Of a DNA stretch of 47,420 bases, positions 45,573 to 47,420 are shown one piece after another. Source of the DNA: Piedraia hortae CBS 480.64 (taxonomy: Eukaryota); the NCBI GenBank assembly GCA_010093745.1, contig MU005973.1, positions 248,001-295,420 on the forward strand. The letters run 5' to 3'. The notes beneath the pieces are model-generated. The model searched no databases. It saw nothing but the letters and a program-made list of their open reading frames with translations, and was not told where the DNA came from. A program made the translations under genes and the position numbers. Positions within the stretch are counted from its first letter, which is position 1; each line of letters begins with the position of its first letter.

Positions 45573-46060
45573 ATGCCCCCGGAACCGCCATCTACGATTG
45601 AAGTCAAGGTAAAAGTGCCTCCTGGGAATACGGAAAATGGCATCGATGAGTTTTCTCTTGGCTCTTTCAACGTCTCCGCAACGATCAAAGACGTTCGGCT
45701 GGTGATTCAATCCAGCCTTCCATCCCATCCAGCTCCGGAACTGCAGCGGCTGCTTTACGCTGGTAGACAGCTCAATGACGATGGAGCAACTCTAAAAGAC
45801 GTTTTACGCACTACACGTGATCCATCTCAGACGGAATATGTTATGCATTTGCTCGTGCGGAAGGACCATCGAACACGGAGTAATACCAATCAACAACCAC
45901 AACAACCGCAAGAGCAACCTGTTGTTCCCCGGCGAATTATTGTCCCAGCTCACCAGCCAGGCCAGGCGCCGTTCTTCCAGCCACCGTCAGTAATGCGGAT
46001 CCATCAATTTGCGACCTTTCACCTCAACAATGGAGCAGGACCGCCGGGATTCCATCCGCC

Positions 46061-46117
<57 letters not shown>

Positions 46118-47171
46118 GCAGCAGCGTTCGTCTACACCAGAGGCGCTGCAAGATGCAATCCATGCGATGCGGCAAGACCGGGTACATCTGGACGAAATGG
46201 ACCGCCTTGCGACCCGGATGCAGGATACCAACCTCTCGGATGATGAGCGGAGGAGATTGTACGATCAGCTGCAGCAACGACTACGCCAGTTTCGGGAGAC
46301 TCGCTCTAGCAATTCTACAATACCAACACCGCCCTCGCCCTTTATGCCCCCGCCGATCTTTTCCCCGTGGTCCAGGCCAATTGCCGGTACAATTGGGCAG
46401 CAAAATCAGCCACCAGTTCCGCATAACCCGTGGGTCGGTCAACACGGTCAACAGCAACAGCACCAGCAACAGGGTCAGCAAAGACACCACTTCCGTACCT
46501 CTGCCCGTTCACCAACAAGCTACCTCCTTTCCAGCCCCTCGGGACCGCATGCAATTCTGTATACTCCCGAAGGGACCCAATCTTATGCTACTGGACGGGA
46601 TGCCATGCTCCTCGTACCTCCTCATGGTCTCTACACTGGAAGACTATCCCACTCAGTTCCCCCGGAAGAAGCAAATGAAGACTCCCAAAGTGACTCCGCT
46701 TCGAGGCAGCAGACTAACCCAATCCCACCTGCCCCAGCAGCTCCCCCTGCACCTGCCCCTCCCGAAGCAGCAGCAGCAGCAGCAGCTCCCCCACCAGCAT
46801 TCATCCAGCAAGTATTCATGCACACATGGCTCCTCCTCCGCGTCCTCGCACTGACATACTTCCTTCTCGGGACGAACATGCCATGGGAGCGATGCCTGGG
46901 CCTTGCATTTCTAGGACTGGGAGTATGGATGATCCGCACTGCAACCGTCGCGCACGTGGATGCATTGAGGGACTGGATCCTCCACGCCGACGGCATCGGA
47001 GGTGTGGGAACGCTTCGCGGCTGGTTGCGCGGTCTAGCAGTGTTCATCGGTACACTAGTCCCCGGCGTAGGTGAGGGAATTCGACAACGTGAAAGGGAAA
47101 GAGAAAGACGAGAGCGTGAAGAACAACAGCGTCTCGAACAAGAACAACATGACCAGCCCCAGGAAGGGTAA
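45573..47171 (+). CDS. N-terminal ubiquitin-like domain membrane protein (HERP/Usa1-like architecture) with polyQ
   Basis: TIKDVR..I...[24 protein letters not shown] (UBL); [14 protein letters not shown]-terminal hydrophobic helices and [11 protein letters not shown]. Confidence 0.78.
46062..46124 (+). repeat. CAG/CAA trinucleotide repeat encoding 21 Gln
   Basis: Read directly from the sequence. Confidence 0.92.
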
Positions 47172-47214
47172 AGGTAGTCCATTTCTGTAAAGTATTCTAT
47201 TCAACATGCTTAGC

Positions 47215-47291
47215 CCATTCATCCATTCATTCATCCATCCATCCATCCATCCATCCATCCATCCATCCATCCATCCATCCATCCATCCATC
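47215..47291. repeat. (CATC)n tetranucleotide microsatellite
   Basis: Read directly; explains the spurious [11 protein letters not shown]. Confidence 0.95.
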
Positions 47292-47420
47292 GTCCTGTCC
47301 TACCCCCTCCCTCCCAAGTCACTTCTACCTCCTCCCCCGTCTCGGATCCTCCGCCTCCCGTAGCCTAAACTCCCTCTGTTCCAAGGTCTTCAGACTTCCC
47401 CCCCCATTCTCATTCCTCCT

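Noticed and set aside
47055..47282. MDGW-repeat ORF
   Set aside because: Translation of the (CATC)n microsatellite.

Overview
Eukaryotic DNA from a compact filamentous-ascomycete (Pezizomycotina-like) genome. Two tightly packed blocks of housekeeping genes (about 0.6-15.5 kb and 28.6-47.2 kb) have short GT-AG introns, mostly 44-60 nt. They include an SRPK-like kinase, RIX7, DTD1, NOT3/5, proteasome alpha-1, RPS5, a RING-PHD protein, RPL43, RDS3, SLC35F, PUS7, carboxypeptidase Y, sideroflexin, PSD1 and a UBL membrane protein. Between the blocks lies a ~13 kb island with no recognisable housekeeping gene. It holds a disrupted intron-containing CMC/EnSpm-like transposase, four head-to-tail divergent PB1-domain gene relics, a pseudogenised secreted RNase T1/ribotoxin-like gene, and a ~13-unit ~110-bp repeat array with internal inverted arms, interrupted by a solo LTR with a perfect 5-bp TSD. 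Other observations: a deletion-riddled tandem pseudocopy of RIX7, a stand-alone tandem-SHD1 protein, in-frame alternative donors at the DTD1 Gly-cisPro motif, and a recurrent intragenic C-to-G skew switch. All family calls are from motif recognition by eye; no database search was run.
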